Assembly (NCBI GenBank): GCA_016781085.1
Contig: JADDQZ010000035.1
Span: forward strand, 10,253-74,252
Direction of reading: 5' to 3'
Source: Actinomycetota bacterium
Lineage (GTDB): Bacteria; Actinomycetota; Thermoleophilia; Solirubrobacterales; Solirubrobacteraceae
DNA length: 64,000 bases
The first letter of the stretch is position 1, and each line of letters opens with the position of its first letter. This document shows, in pieces, positions 9,236 to 18,119 of this stretch. Under the pieces are notes generated by a model that saw only the letters and a list, made by a program, of their open reading frames with translations, was not told where the DNA came from and did not search any database. The position numbers and the translations under genes were made by a program.

Positions 9236-10261
9236 GTGACGCAGGTCAACCTCTTCTCGGACACGCAGACGCGCCCGACCGCGGCGATGCGGGAAGCGAT
9301 GGCCCGCGCCGAGGTCGGCGACGAACAACGCTTCGAAGATCCGACGGTCAACGCCTTGTGCGAGCGCGTGGCGAAGCTTTTGGGGTTCGAGGCGGCGGTA
9401 TTCCTGCCGACCGGGACGATGTGCAACGTCATCGCCTTCCGGTTGCATCTGCGGCCCGGTGGCGACGCCGTGCTGCTGCACCGCGAATCGCATCCCGTGC
9501 GCTTCGAGGCAGCACAGCCGGCGGTGTTCTCCGGTGCTCATTCCGAGTTGCTCGACGGGCCCGGCGGCATGTTCGATGCTGCGACGCTTTCGGGCGCGCT
9601 CAGCCGGCCGGGTGACCGCTACGGCCCGCGCTCGAGGTTGGTCGCGGTCGAGCAGACGACGAACATCCCCGGTGGCCGGATATGGCCGCTGCAACAGTTG
9701 CGCGACGTGGTCGCCGTGGCCCAGGATCGGGAGCTCAGGCTTCATCTCGACGGCGCTCGCCTGCTCAATGCCGTCGTGGCGAGCGGAGTGCCGGCCGGTG
9801 AGTGGACGCGCGGATTCGACACAGCTTGGATCGACTTCACCAAGGGCCTCGGCGCGCCCGTCGGCGCTTGCCTGGCGGGCTCACGCACACTGATCGACGA
9901 GGCATGGCGCTACAAGCAGATGCTCGGTGGCGCCATGCGGCAAGCCGGCATCGTCGCGGCCGGCGCCTTGTACGCGCTCGACTGTCACGTGGATCGCCTC
10001 GCGGAGGACCACGCAAACGCCCGGCTGCTGGCCCAAGCACTCGCTGAGATTCCGTCGGTGGGACTCGATGTGGGGACGGTGGAAACCAACATCGTCGTGT
10101 TTTCAGTTCCGGACGCGTTCGGCTTTTGTGAGACGTTGGCCGAGCACGGAGTGGTGATGAATCCGCTCGGACCTGACCGCGTGAGGGCGGTAACTCATCT
10201 CGACGTGAGCGAGGACGACGTCCGCCTGGCGGCGGAAGTGGCGGCGACGGTGCTGGCATGA
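9236..10261 (+). CDS. ltaE: Low-specificity L-threonine aldolase (beta-eliminating lyase family, PLP)
   Basis: 341 aa. N-terminal FSDTQTRPTAAMREAMARAEVGDE...DPTVNAL...FLPTGTMCN is the typical threonine-aldolase signature. GTG start. Confidence 0.85.
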   Translation: MTQVNLFSDTQTRPTAAMREAMARAEVGDEQRFEDPTVNALCERVAKLLGFEAAVFLPTGTMCNVIAFRLHLRPGGDAVLLHRESHPVRFEAAQPAVFSGAHSELLDGPGGMFDAATLSGALSRPGDRYGPRSRLVAVEQTTNIPGGRIWPLQQLRDVVAVAQDRELRLHLDGARLLNAVVASGVPAGEWTRGFDTAWIDFTKGLGAPVGACLAGSRTLIDEAWRYKQMLGGAMRQAGIVAAGALYALDCHVDRLAEDHANARLLAQALAEIPSVGLDVGTVETNIVVFSVPDAFGFCETLAEHGVVMNPLGPDRVRAVTHLDVSEDDVRLAAEVAATVLA

Positions 10262-11005
10262 CTTCGGCGTGCGTGTGCTGGTGGCCGGGTTGGCGGCCGT
10301 CACGATCCGGCGCAACCGATCCGGCGCGTCGGTGAAGATGCCGTCGACCCCGAGCTCGAGCAGATGCAGCATCTCAGCCTCCTCATTGACCGTGTAGGGC
10401 TGCACCGTGAGAGAGAGGGAGTGAGCTAACCCGATCAGCCTGGTGTCGACCGTGGCCGCCGCCGGACCGATCCCGCTGGCGAAGTCCGCGACGCGGTGAA
10501 GCCGACGGGCGCTTTCTTCGTACGACAGCTCGTCGGTGAGCAGCTGCACCAGTGGCAGGGTGCGATCCAGTTCGTTGACACGGCGCAGGCTCTGCTCGCA
10601 GAAGGACTGCACCACGACGTTGGAGCGCAACCGATGACGGCGGATGGCTCGCACCAGCCGACGCTCCGCTTGGCTTTGCGAAGGCTTGAGATCGACGCAG
10701 TAGCGCGTCCGTTGCCCGTAGCGGCCGAGCACCGCGTCGAGCGTGAGCGGCCGCAGTTCGGGGGCGAGTTCGACCAGGTCGCCGCGTCGAAGTTGACTGA
10801 CCAGACGCGAATCGCCCGCCGTCCGCCACAAGGTTGGATCATGAGCGGTCACGAGTTCGCCGTCGGCCGTCATGCGGAGATCAAGTTCGATCTTGTCGGC
10901 GCCCATGGCCAGAGCCAGGTCGTAAGCCGCGAAAGTATTCTCCGGGGCGTAAGCGGACGCCCCCCGATGGGCGATCACTGTCGCCTTGGTTTCGACTTTG
11001 AACAT
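10103..11005 (-). CDS. Glycerophosphodiester phosphodiesterase (GDPD family) with an atypical C-terminal tail
   Basis: VIAHRGASAYAPENTFAAYDLALAMGADKIELDLRMTADGELVTAHD...GVDGIFTD. The last ~53 codons are Arg/His-rich and lie antisense to the 3' end of ltaE. Confidence 0.85.
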   Translation of the reverse strand: MFKVETKATVIAHRGASAYAPENTFAAYDLALAMGADKIELDLRMTADGELVTAHDPTLWRTAGDSRLVSQLRRGDLVELAPELRPLTLDAVLGRYGQRTRYCVDLKPSQSQAERRLVRAIRRHRLRSNVVVQSFCEQSLRRVNELDRTLPLVQLLTDELSYEESARRLHRVADFASGIGPAAATVDTRLIGLAHSLSLTVQPYTVNEEAEMLHLLELGVDGIFTDAPDRLRRIVTAANPATSTRTPKSCQHRRRHFRRQADVVLAHVEMSYRPHAVRSERIHHHSVLGQRLTKAERVRN

Positions 11006-11038
11006 GCCTTAAGTCGACTCCGAACGAGCCCGCGGGGG

Positions 11039-11055
11039 GTCAACGAGAAGTGACG
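11039..11055 (-). promoter_or_regulatory. Weak PHO-box-like direct repeat upstream of the GDPD gene
   Basis: Minus strand reads cGTCACttctcGTTGACccccc: two hexamers 11 nt apart, 35-50 nt upstream of the ATG (11005). It resembles the pstS array. Confidence 0.25.
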
Positions 11056-11094
11056 CAGCCGTGTCTTTTTGGATAAGTCGCCGAGTGTGGCCCC

Positions 11095-12453
11095 TCACTC
11101 GACCAAGCGAACTTCCAAACCGCCGTCGATTCCGATCAACTCGCCGGCTCCCCCCATCAACCCGATGATCTTCGCCACGTAAGCCCTCGTCTCGCGATAC
11201 GGCGGAATGCATCCGCAGGCCGCCACACGCGCCGGACCCGCGTTGTAAGCGGCAAGAGCGAGCGGCACGGAACCGAACTGGCGCAGAAGGTCGCGCATCA
11301 TGTGTCCTTGGGCGTCGATCGCCGACGCCGCGTCGTAGGGATTGCCAAGACCGTAGGAACGTGCGGTGGCCGGCATGAATTGAGCGATGCCCTGGGCTCC
11401 TGCGCCGCTACGGGCATTGGGATTGAAATTCGATTCGGCGTAGATCTGCGCTGCCAGCAGCGTCGCGGACACGCTCCACCGCTGCGCCGCGCGAGCCAGC
11501 ATGGGCGCGAAGCGCGGAGGCACGAAGCTTGGAACGCTTGAGCGGCCGTCAGAGCTTCCAGAGGGCTTCGCCCCAGCTCGTTGGAGGGAACCTGACGAAG
11601 CGGCGTTGTGGCGTGGCGTCGATCGCGGGTTACGCAGGAACCCGTAGTGCCAGGGCTCCCAGGAATATCGCTGGATGAAGCCGAATTCGCCGGCGTTACG
11701 ACTAAGCCAGCCATACGCCGAGGCGGGACCGAGGTCCAGTTCGGTGGCGTTGCGGTGCAACGACGTACCGGGGCGGGCGACCATCCTCGGATTCGGATTA
11801 CGCGCAAACAAGGCCGCCTGCTCGGCGTCTGACCGGAATCCGCTGTTGACCGTCAGGGCCACACCGTCGGCGCTAGCAGCGCTTGCCATCCGATCGAAGG
11901 CCATGGCGACGTCCGGGCGCATCGGCTTGCCCTGGCGGTAGGCAAGCGGTCCGTCGTAACCACCACCGGTGGCGAATGCCGCGAGATCCCCGCCGCCGAG
12001 CGGAGCGATCTCCGCGACAGCGTGTGCCCCCGATTTCAGGCTGCGGTGAAAGCCACCGACGGCGATGGAAAACGTGCGTCCGGTGGCCACTCGGACGCGG
12101 ACGGGAGCGAACGAGGATGCATCCGGGAAAGACACCGCCACTTGTTCCGCGCCGTTTTTTCGAGCTACCGCCGTGGCGGCGGCACGGCCCAGCTCCAAGT
12201 ACTCGGACTGCTCAAGATGCCGGGGGTTCGGGATCCCGTCCACTTCGGCTGGTTCGAACAAACGCGAAAAAGCCGAATGCATCGCCCGGGCCGCGGCCAA
12301 GGCGGCGAGGTCCGCAGAACGCTGGTCGGCGCCGCTGCTTCCGACGCCCTTGGCCACGGCACTCAACATCAAGGCGGCAATGAGCATCGCCATGAGGCAG
12401 CCGACCATCAGGACCACGACTTGGCCGTCTTCGCCCCTAGATCGATTGTTCAT
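11095..12453 (-). CDS. Three-domain envelope protein: TadG-like N-terminus + VanY-type (M15) D,D-carboxypeptidase + SLT lytic transglycosylase
   Basis: ATG at 12453 (ATGA overlap with the upstream gene). N-terminus GEDGQVVVLMVGCLMAMLIAALML...ADLAALAAARA. M15 core SGFRSDAEQAALF...PGTSLHRNATELDL...EPWHYGF. SLT domain IYAESNFNPNARSGAGAQGIAQFMP...AYNAGP. The track ORF to 13224 is over-extended. Confidence 0.8.
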   Translation of the reverse strand: MNNRSRGEDGQVVVLMVGCLMAMLIAALMLSAVAKGVGSSGADQRSADLAALAAARAMHSAFSRLFEPAEVDGIPNPRHLEQSEYLELGRAAATAVARKNGAEQVAVSFPDASSFAPVRVRVATGRTFSIAVGGFHRSLKSGAHAVAEIAPLGGGDLAAFATGGGYDGPLAYRQGKPMRPDVAMAFDRMASAASADGVALTVNSGFRSDAEQAALFARNPNPRMVARPGTSLHRNATELDLGPASAYGWLSRNAGEFGFIQRYSWEPWHYGFLRNPRSTPRHNAASSGSLQRAGAKPSGSSDGRSSVPSFVPPRFAPMLARAAQRWSVSATLLAAQIYAESNFNPNARSGAGAQGIAQFMPATARSYGLGNPYDAASAIDAQGHMMRDLLRQFGSVPLALAAYNAGPARVAACGCIPPYRETRAYVAKIIGLMGGAGELIGIDGGLEVRLVE

Positions 12454-13004
12454 GCCGCGGACACCGCTTGGACTGCCAGCTCGCGCAGCGGCGCGCCGGG
12501 ACCCATCGCGGTCAGGGCCAACATGCGCGCAGCAGCCGGCAACGGCTTGACCGTCGCCACCTTCGCAACCTTGGACGCGAGTTCGGCGGTGGCCAAAGCC
12601 GTCACTGCCACCGGTTCGCCGGGGGCCGTGATCAGCACCGCGAGGCAATGGCGCGAGAGATGGCGGTCGAAAGCGACAGGCCGGGGACCACCCACGGCAA
12701 GCACGCAAGGGATTTCCGGCGCGTTGTCCCAGACCTTTTCGGCGACCCAAGCGGCCTGATCGGCGTCGCAACCCAGCGCAACCCCGACAAGACGGCCACA
12801 AGGTTTGGCCGGGACACCGAGTTCCTGCAAGCGATCCGAGATCCGGCGAGCGCCGGAAGTCGCCCGACCCCCGCCCGTAGGAAGCTCGGCACCCCAGGCG
12901 AGCACCGCGGCGGTGGGCGTCTTGGCGCAGTTGCGAAGTTGGTGGGCTAGCGCCGCTGCGGTGTAGACGACTTGCCCAGGGCGGCCGAAGACGACAGCAG
13001 CCAT
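12450..13004 (-). CDS. Hypothetical protein of the Tad-like operon (start uncertain: ATG 13004; GTG alternatives at 13079 and 13202)
   Basis: High GC3 in this frame, and its stop is coupled (ATGA) to the downstream TadG-like gene. I recognise no family motif (MAAVVFGRPGQVVYTAAALAHQLRN...). Confidence 0.45.
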   Translation of the reverse strand: MAAVVFGRPGQVVYTAAALAHQLRNCAKTPTAAVLAWGAELPTGGGRATSGARRISDRLQELGVPAKPCGRLVGVALGCDADQAAWVAEKVWDNAPEIPCVLAVGGPRPVAFDRHLSRHCLAVLITAPGEPVAVTALATAELASKVAKVATVKPLPAAARMLALTAMGPGAPLRELAVQAVSAA

Positions 13005-13207
13005 TCCGGACGGTCTGGCGACGTAGTCCCGCCCGTGCGAGCAAGCTCCGACGCTGCTGGGCGGCAGCCAAGCGGGCACAGAAGGCTGCCCTATGGGGGG
13101 CGACTCCGATGCCGCTCGCTCGGTCGACGTGGCCAGTGGCGACGCGGGCGAAGGCGATGCCGGACTGAGAAAGATTCCTTCTAGATTCGACAGCAGGCTC
13201 ACGAGAT

Positions 13208-13555
13208 CTACCGCGATCCGGCATGGGCGGATTCGGTGGCTACGAGCCACTCGGCGAACACGGCAACGGGCAAGTCCGGCCGCACCCGGACCGTGACCCG
13301 TCCGCCTTTGACTTCCACGTCGACGTCCTCGCGTGCCTGATCGGGCAGCGCCTCACGAGCCGCTGTTTCGGCGTCCTCGTCTTGCAGCAACGCGACGGCG
13401 CCCGCTTCTGCGGCATGGCCGGCGAGTTCGTCGGCTCGGCCGGCGGCCAGGACGCAGAAGATCAGCAGCGTGACGGCGATCGCCAGTGGCGCCAGTCCGA
13501 CGAGCTCGACGGTGGCTTGACCGCTCTCATCGCTTCTCCACAACGGCGCCCGCAT
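13208..13555 (-). CDS. TadE-like pseudopilin
   Basis: ATG at 13555 shares 1 nt with the upstream stop. MRAPLWRSDESGQATVELVGLAPLAIAVTLLIFCVLAAG is a prepilin-like G-x4-E motif followed by a hydrophobic helix. Confidence 0.7.
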   Translation of the reverse strand: MRAPLWRSDESGQATVELVGLAPLAIAVTLLIFCVLAAGRADELAGHAAEAGAVALLQDEDAETAAREALPDQAREDVDVEVKGGRVTVRVRPDLPVAVFAEWLVATESAHAGSR

Positions 13556-13926
13556 CAGGCGCCCTGATCGGCGAAGTGAGCCGATGACGTGGCATGTCCA
13601 AGATCCACACCGCGCACGACTCGCGGAATGCGAACCTCGACTTCTACGGCGCCGTCTTTCTGCGGCCTCACGTGTAAGCCTGGCTCGAGGTTGTGGGGAA
13701 GATGCCCACGGGCCGCCGCTTCCGCGTTCTGGCCGACGGCGTGCGCCCGGGCGGCCGCGCGGGCGGCGGCGCCAGCGGCCCACGTCGCGTGTCCCGCCAG
13801 AACTGACTGCCACAGAACGAGAACGACGAGCAGGGCGAGAGGGATGAGCGCGACGAACTCGACCGTGGCTTGGCCACGTTCGTCTTCTTTGAGGTCGCTT
13901 CGCTGCGTGTTCGCCACGCCCCTCAC
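13555..13926 (-). CDS. TadE-like pseudopilin
   Basis: 123 aa. ...DERGQATVEFVALIPLALLVVLVLWQSVLAGH, followed by a beta-rich C-terminus. GTG start at 13926; an alternative GTG lies 9 nt downstream. Confidence 0.7.
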   Translation of the reverse strand: MRGVANTQRSDLKEDERGQATVEFVALIPLALLVVLVLWQSVLAGHATWAAGAAARAAARAHAVGQNAEAAARGHLPHNLEPGLHVRPQKDGAVEVEVRIPRVVRGVDLGHATSSAHFADQGA

Positions 13927-14065
13927 ATTGAGGGCGAAGCGCGACCCTCTCTAGACGCGGATGTCACAGAACACGCTCGCGTTTGTGTGCACTTCTACGC
14001 CGATTCGGCGGACAGCTACCGTCCGCGCGAGCCAGCAACAACCGGGCGTTCGCGCGTACGCGAGC

Positions 14066-14434
14066 TCAATAAGCGCGCGCGGCTTTCACCGCGGTGAATA
14101 CGCCCCACAGCGAAACGCCCAGCAAAGCGAACCACAGCAGCGCCCCCATGCTGCCTAGCCCGAACAGTCGTGCCGTAGCGACGACGAGGAAAATCATCAG
14201 GCCTACGGACACGTAGAGCTTCACGCGCAGGTTGTCTTCCCAGCTCATCAACGTCGTCCGTCGTTCCATGTAGACGCGATAGGCAAAGAACACAAGTCCG
14301 GCCCAGAAGACAATGTTGATCAAGCTGGTTATGACGCCGGCGCCAGTGCCGCCACCCGGAAGTCTCCAGACCGCGGCCGCCAGGGTCAGAATGATCAAGA
14401 CGTTCCGCACGCCTTTGAAGCGATCACCGGTCAC
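14066..14434 (-). CDS. Small integral membrane protein (about 4 TM), unknown function
   Basis: 122 aa with four hydrophobic stretches and high GC3. No recognisable motif. Confidence 0.6.
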   Translation of the reverse strand: MTGDRFKGVRNVLIILTLAAAVWRLPGGGTGAGVITSLINIVFWAGLVFFAYRVYMERRTTLMSWEDNLRVKLYVSVGLMIFLVVATARLFGLGSMGALLWFALLGVSLWGVFTAVKAARAY

Positions 14435-14596
14435 GGAAAAGAAGATACCGCCCGCTTGGAGCCGTCACTGGGAGCTCCAAGCAATCGATCCACCGATGCC
14501 GCCGCGCCTGCCTGGAGCTGCCGCCTTCCGGACACCGTTCCGACTTCGCCGACGGATCGCATCAAGCCTTTCTCCTGCGAGCGACGGGAACGCAAC

Positions 14597-15502
14597 TCAG
14601 GTCGGCGATGCGAGCAGCGCCAAGTCGGCGGCGACCGCGCTGGACTGCTCGACTGACGCTGATTCGTCGTCGCCAGAACCGGCACCCGCAAGCGCGATGG
14701 CAACAATTTTCCCTGCAGGGACGCCTTGTGGAGTCTCGACCGCCAGTCCACCGTCCACCGGCTGGGGATCGAAGCGATAGCCGATCCCGAAGTGCGTGTG
14801 GATGTAACGCCACTGCGGTGACGCGCGTTCGAGCTTCTGGCGCAATTTCCGCACGAACACGTCGACGGAGCGGTCGCCGTGGACCATGGCGTAGCCCCAG
14901 ACACGCTGGTAGATGTCTTCGCGCTCGAGCACTCGTCCCGGCGTGGCCGACAACAAACGGATCAGCTCGAATTCTCGGCGCGTCAGCTCAGCGCTGGCGC
15001 CCGCCGCGAAGACCTGGAAGTGATCCGCACGAATCTCCAGCTCGCCGGCGAGCACGGCCGGCTCCTGCACTGCCGGCGCAGCACAGCGACGGCGACGGAC
15101 GACCGCCTCGACACGCGCGATCAGTTCTTCGGGATGACACGGCTTGTTGATCCAGTCGTCGGCTCCCAGCCTGAGGCCGCGAACTCGCTGAGCGACGGTG
15201 GAAGGTCCGCAACATACGACCACACCCACATGCGGCAGCCGCGCGCAAAGCTGCTCCAGGTACGACCACGCGTCGATGCCGAGGACGTTGAGGTCGAGTA
15301 CGACAGCGGTCAGCCGCTGGGCCGCGAGCGTGTCGAGCGGAACCTGGCTGGAGAGCACTGTGTGCTGCCAGCCGGCACTCTGCAGCCGGTTGCCCAGGAC
15401 TAGAAGAAAACCGCTGTCGTCGTCGATCACGGCAAGCCGGTTTGCTTGCCGCCCGCCTGCGACGGGATCGGCCACGGTGACCGGAGAAGTTGCATTGCTC
15501 AT
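14597..15502 (-). CDS. OmpR/PhoB-family response regulator with a ~65-aa C-terminal extension; no adjacent histidine kinase
   Basis: ATG at 15502. Receiver motifs VIDDD...VVLDLN...INKP. Winged helix LTRREFELIRLL...VDVFVRKLRQKL...HTHFGIGYRF, then an Ala/Gly/Ser-rich tail. Confidence 0.85.
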   Translation of the reverse strand: MSNATSPVTVADPVAGGRQANRLAVIDDDSGFLLVLGNRLQSAGWQHTVLSSQVPLDTLAAQRLTAVVLDLNVLGIDAWSYLEQLCARLPHVGVVVCCGPSTVAQRVRGLRLGADDWINKPCHPEELIARVEAVVRRRRCAAPAVQEPAVLAGELEIRADHFQVFAAGASAELTRREFELIRLLSATPGRVLEREDIYQRVWGYAMVHGDRSVDVFVRKLRQKLERASPQWRYIHTHFGIGYRFDPQPVDGGLAVETPQGVPAGKIVAIALAGAGSGDDESASVEQSSAVAADLALLASPT

Positions 15503-15598
15503 GTCAGGGCAAGCATAGGGGTCGAATTCTCGGAAACAGGGATGCCCGCCCCGAAATAACAGAGGCTTCACAAGGGCGTGTTCGCGGCCAGCTGTTTC

Positions 15599-16282
15599 CT
15601 AAGCCCGCGATGCGTCGGAAAACTCACGAAACAAACCCGTGACAACAAACGCGACTTGCTCGCCGATGTCAACGGCGTTGTCGCCGATCCGCTCCAGCGC
15701 ACGCGCGATCAGCATCATCGTCATCGCCCATTCGCGCACGTCGCTGTCGTCGCCGATCTCCACCGCCACCCGAAAGCACTGGCGGTTGAGCTCGTTGATG
15801 CGCGCGTCTTGACGCACCAAGTCCTTGGCCAGCTCCACATCGCGCAGATGGAAGGCGTGCTTGGCTTGAGAGACCTGCGACCTGGCACACCTCCCCATCT
15901 CCTCCACACGATCAAGAATCGAAGCGTGAACGGGCGGATCGTGCCCTGACAGCGGCAGCACCTTGGCGATGTTCACGCACTGGTCCCCCATCCGCTCCGC
16001 ATGCTTGATGACGTGCAACAGCCCGGCGACCAGCCGCAAGTCGACCGCCACGGGTGCCTGCAAAGCGAGCAGCGAAAGGATGCCGCGGTGTACTTCCAGG
16101 TAGCGGGCATCGATGCCGTCGTCTTCGAGGACGACCCTCGCAGCGAGCTCGATGTCGCGGTGATGGACCGCTTCCATGACCCGGTCCAGCGCCTCCGTAA
16201 CGAGCTCCAGCGCTCCCAGCGTCAAGGATTCGAGCCGGCTTAGCTCCGCTCGGAACTGCTGGCGGACGCGGTCCTCGGCCAT
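15599..16282 (-). CDS. phoU: Phosphate signalling complex protein PhoU
   Basis: 227 aa with two PhoU repeats (...ERMGDQCVNIAK... / ...LERIGDNAVDIGE...). Confidence 0.93.
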   Translation of the reverse strand: MAEDRVRQQFRAELSRLESLTLGALELVTEALDRVMEAVHHRDIELAARVVLEDDGIDARYLEVHRGILSLLALQAPVAVDLRLVAGLLHVIKHAERMGDQCVNIAKVLPLSGHDPPVHASILDRVEEMGRCARSQVSQAKHAFHLRDVELAKDLVRQDARINELNRQCFRVAVEIGDDSDVREWAMTMMLIARALERIGDNAVDIGEQVAFVVTGLFREFSDASRA

Positions 16283-16288
16283 CGCTTG

Positions 16289-17197
16289 TCAGCCGAACTT
16301 CCCGGTGACGTAGTCCTCGGTCCGCGAGTCGTCGGGGCTGGTGAACAGCTTCTCGGTCGGCGCGTATTCGACGACGGCGCCGGTGCGATGCCCGGCCTGC
16401 TCGTCGAGCTCGACGGTGAAGAAGGCCGTCATCTGCGAGACGCGCGCCGCCTGCTGCATGTTGTGGGTGACGATCACGATGGAGTAATCCTGCTTGAGCT
16501 CGAGCATCAGATCCTCGATCCGGCCCGTCGAGATCGGGTCCAGCGCCGAACACGGCTCGTCCATCAGCAGCACGTCGGGTTGCGTGGCCAGAGCACGGGC
16601 GATGCACAGCCGCTGCTGCTGACCGCCGGACATGCCAAAGGCGTTGGTCTTCAGCCGGTCCTTGACCTCGTCCCACAGCGCCGCACGCCGCAGCGCCTGC
16701 TCGACGATCTCGGCCATGTCGCCCTTCATTCCCGAAACCCGCGGCCCAAAGGCGACGTTGTCGAAGATCGACTTGGGGAAGGGATTGGGCTTTTGAAAGA
16801 CCATGCCGATGCGCTTGCGGACAGCGACCGGATCGATGTCGCGAGCGTAGAGGTTCTCGCCGTGGAAGAGGACTTCTCCATCGACGCGAGCGCTCGGAAT
16901 CAAGTCGTTCATCCGGTTCAAGCACCGCAGAAACGTCGACTTGCCGCAACCGGAGGGCCCGATAAGGGCGGTGATCTCGTGCTCCGGCAGATCAAACGTG
17001 ACGTCGCGAACGGCGCGATGCTGGCCGTAGAAAACATCGAGGTCGCGGACCCCGAAGATGGAGTCACGCGCCGGTGGCTCGGCCACTGCGCTGGCGGCGG
17101 TCGGCTGGGTGTCTGCCCGCGCCTGCGTTTCCAGACGGCTTGAATTGAATTCGGTCGGCTCGGTCAAGGGATCGGGGTGCATCGGGACATAGGGCAC
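16289..17197 (-). CDS. pstB: Phosphate ABC transporter ATP-binding protein
   Basis: Walker [10 protein letters not shown], signature LSGGQQQRL, Walker B LLMDEP, C-terminal YVTGKFG. GTG start with GAGGAA upstream; ~45-aa N-terminal extension. Confidence 0.93.
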   Translation of the reverse strand: MPYVPMHPDPLTEPTEFNSSRLETQARADTQPTAASAVAEPPARDSIFGVRDLDVFYGQHRAVRDVTFDLPEHEITALIGPSGCGKSTFLRCLNRMNDLIPSARVDGEVLFHGENLYARDIDPVAVRKRIGMVFQKPNPFPKSIFDNVAFGPRVSGMKGDMAEIVEQALRRAALWDEVKDRLKTNAFGMSGGQQQRLCIARALATQPDVLLMDEPCSALDPISTGRIEDLMLELKQDYSIVIVTHNMQQAARVSQMTAFFTVELDEQAGHRTGAVVEYAPTEKLFTSPDDSRTEDYVTGKFG

Positions 17198-17207
17198 GGT
17201 GGGTTCC

Positions 17208-18119
17208 TCACCACTTCTGCTCGTAGCGGTTGCGCAGCAAGATGGCCACCGAGTTCATGGCCAGTAGTAGGACCATCAGCACGAGGATCGCCCCCGCGGC
17301 CAGCGGGATGAACGCCCGATCCGCTTGAGAAGTCCACGTGAAGATCTGGATCGGCAAGGCGGTGAAGGAATCGTTGACGCCCTGCGGATTGAAGCGCGTG
17401 CTGGCCGCCGCGCCGATCACCAGCAGCGGCGCGGTTTCTCCGATCGCCCGCGACAGAGCGAGAATCACGCCAGTGGCGATGCCGGCCATCGATCCCGGCA
17501 GGACTTGGCGGCGGATCGTCTGCCACTGCGTCGCTCCGAGGGCCAGCGCGCCGTCGCGGATCGAAGGCGGCACGGAGCGGATGGCTTCGCGCGAGACGAT
17601 GATCACCACGGGCAGCACCAGCAACCCGAGCGTCAAGCCCCCGGCCAGCAGGACGGGACCGAGCCCGAGCGGTTCGCGAACGATGAACGCCAAGCCGAGG
17701 ATGCCGTAGACCACCGAAGGCACCGCCGCCAGGTTCTGGATGTTGACTTCGACCCAGCGGTTGTACCAGCGCGTCGGGTCGGCGTATTCCTCGAGGTAGA
17801 GCGCCGTTGCCACGCCGACCGGGACGACGAAGACCGCGGTCAGCACCATCAGGTAGAGCGTCCCGACGATCGCCGACTGGATGCCGGAGCGCTCCGGCGA
17901 GATGCGCGACGGGAAGTTGGTCAGAAATTGCAGCGACAGGACTCCCCACCCGTCACGCGCAACATCGACGAGCAGCGTGACAAGCGCCAGTCCTGCAAGC
18001 CCCACGGCGAGGTACATGAGGACCTTGAAGCCGCCCTCGGCGGCGCGCGTCCGCGCTGTGGCCCGCGGGAACAGCGCACTGCGCGAGCGAGCGTGAGCGG
18101 CAATCTGCGCGCCGGTCAT
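17208..18119 (-). CDS. pstA: Phosphate ABC transporter permease PstA
   Basis: 303 aa with a BPD-type permease core ([16 protein letters not shown]). Overlaps pstC by 4 nt. Confidence 0.92.
   Translation of the reverse strand: MTGAQIAAHARSRSALFPRATARTRAAEGGFKVLMYLAVGLAGLALVTLLVDVARDGWGVLSLQFLTNFPSRISPERSGIQSAIVGTLYLMVLTAVFVVPVGVATALYLEEYADPTRWYNRWVEVNIQNLAAVPSVVYGILGLAFIVREPLGLGPVLLAGGLTLGLLVLPVVIIVSREAIRSVPPSIRDGALALGATQWQTIRRQVLPGSMAGIATGVILALSRAIGETAPLLVIGAAASTRFNPQGVNDSFTALPIQIFTWTSQADRAFIPLAAGAILVLMVLLLAMNSVAILLRNRYEQKW

Noticed and set aside
13005-13250. Longer version of the hypothetical Tad-operon gene (track start 13250, or GTG 13202 / 13079)
   Set aside because: Not truly rejected, only not preferred. 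GC3 drops towards 13140-13200, and a start at 13250 would overlap the upstream TadE-like gene by 43 nt. I cannot choose between ATG 13004 and GTG 13079 from sequence alone.
13927-14065. Possible ydaO-type (c-di-AMP) riboswitch, or a small Flp pilin gene, upstream of the Tad-like / cell-wall hydrolase operon
   Set aside because: Only a CCGAAUC-like fragment is present; the GGGGACCCA-type conserved blocks are absent. No short ORF with a G-x4-E-Y/F pilin motif can be read on either strand.
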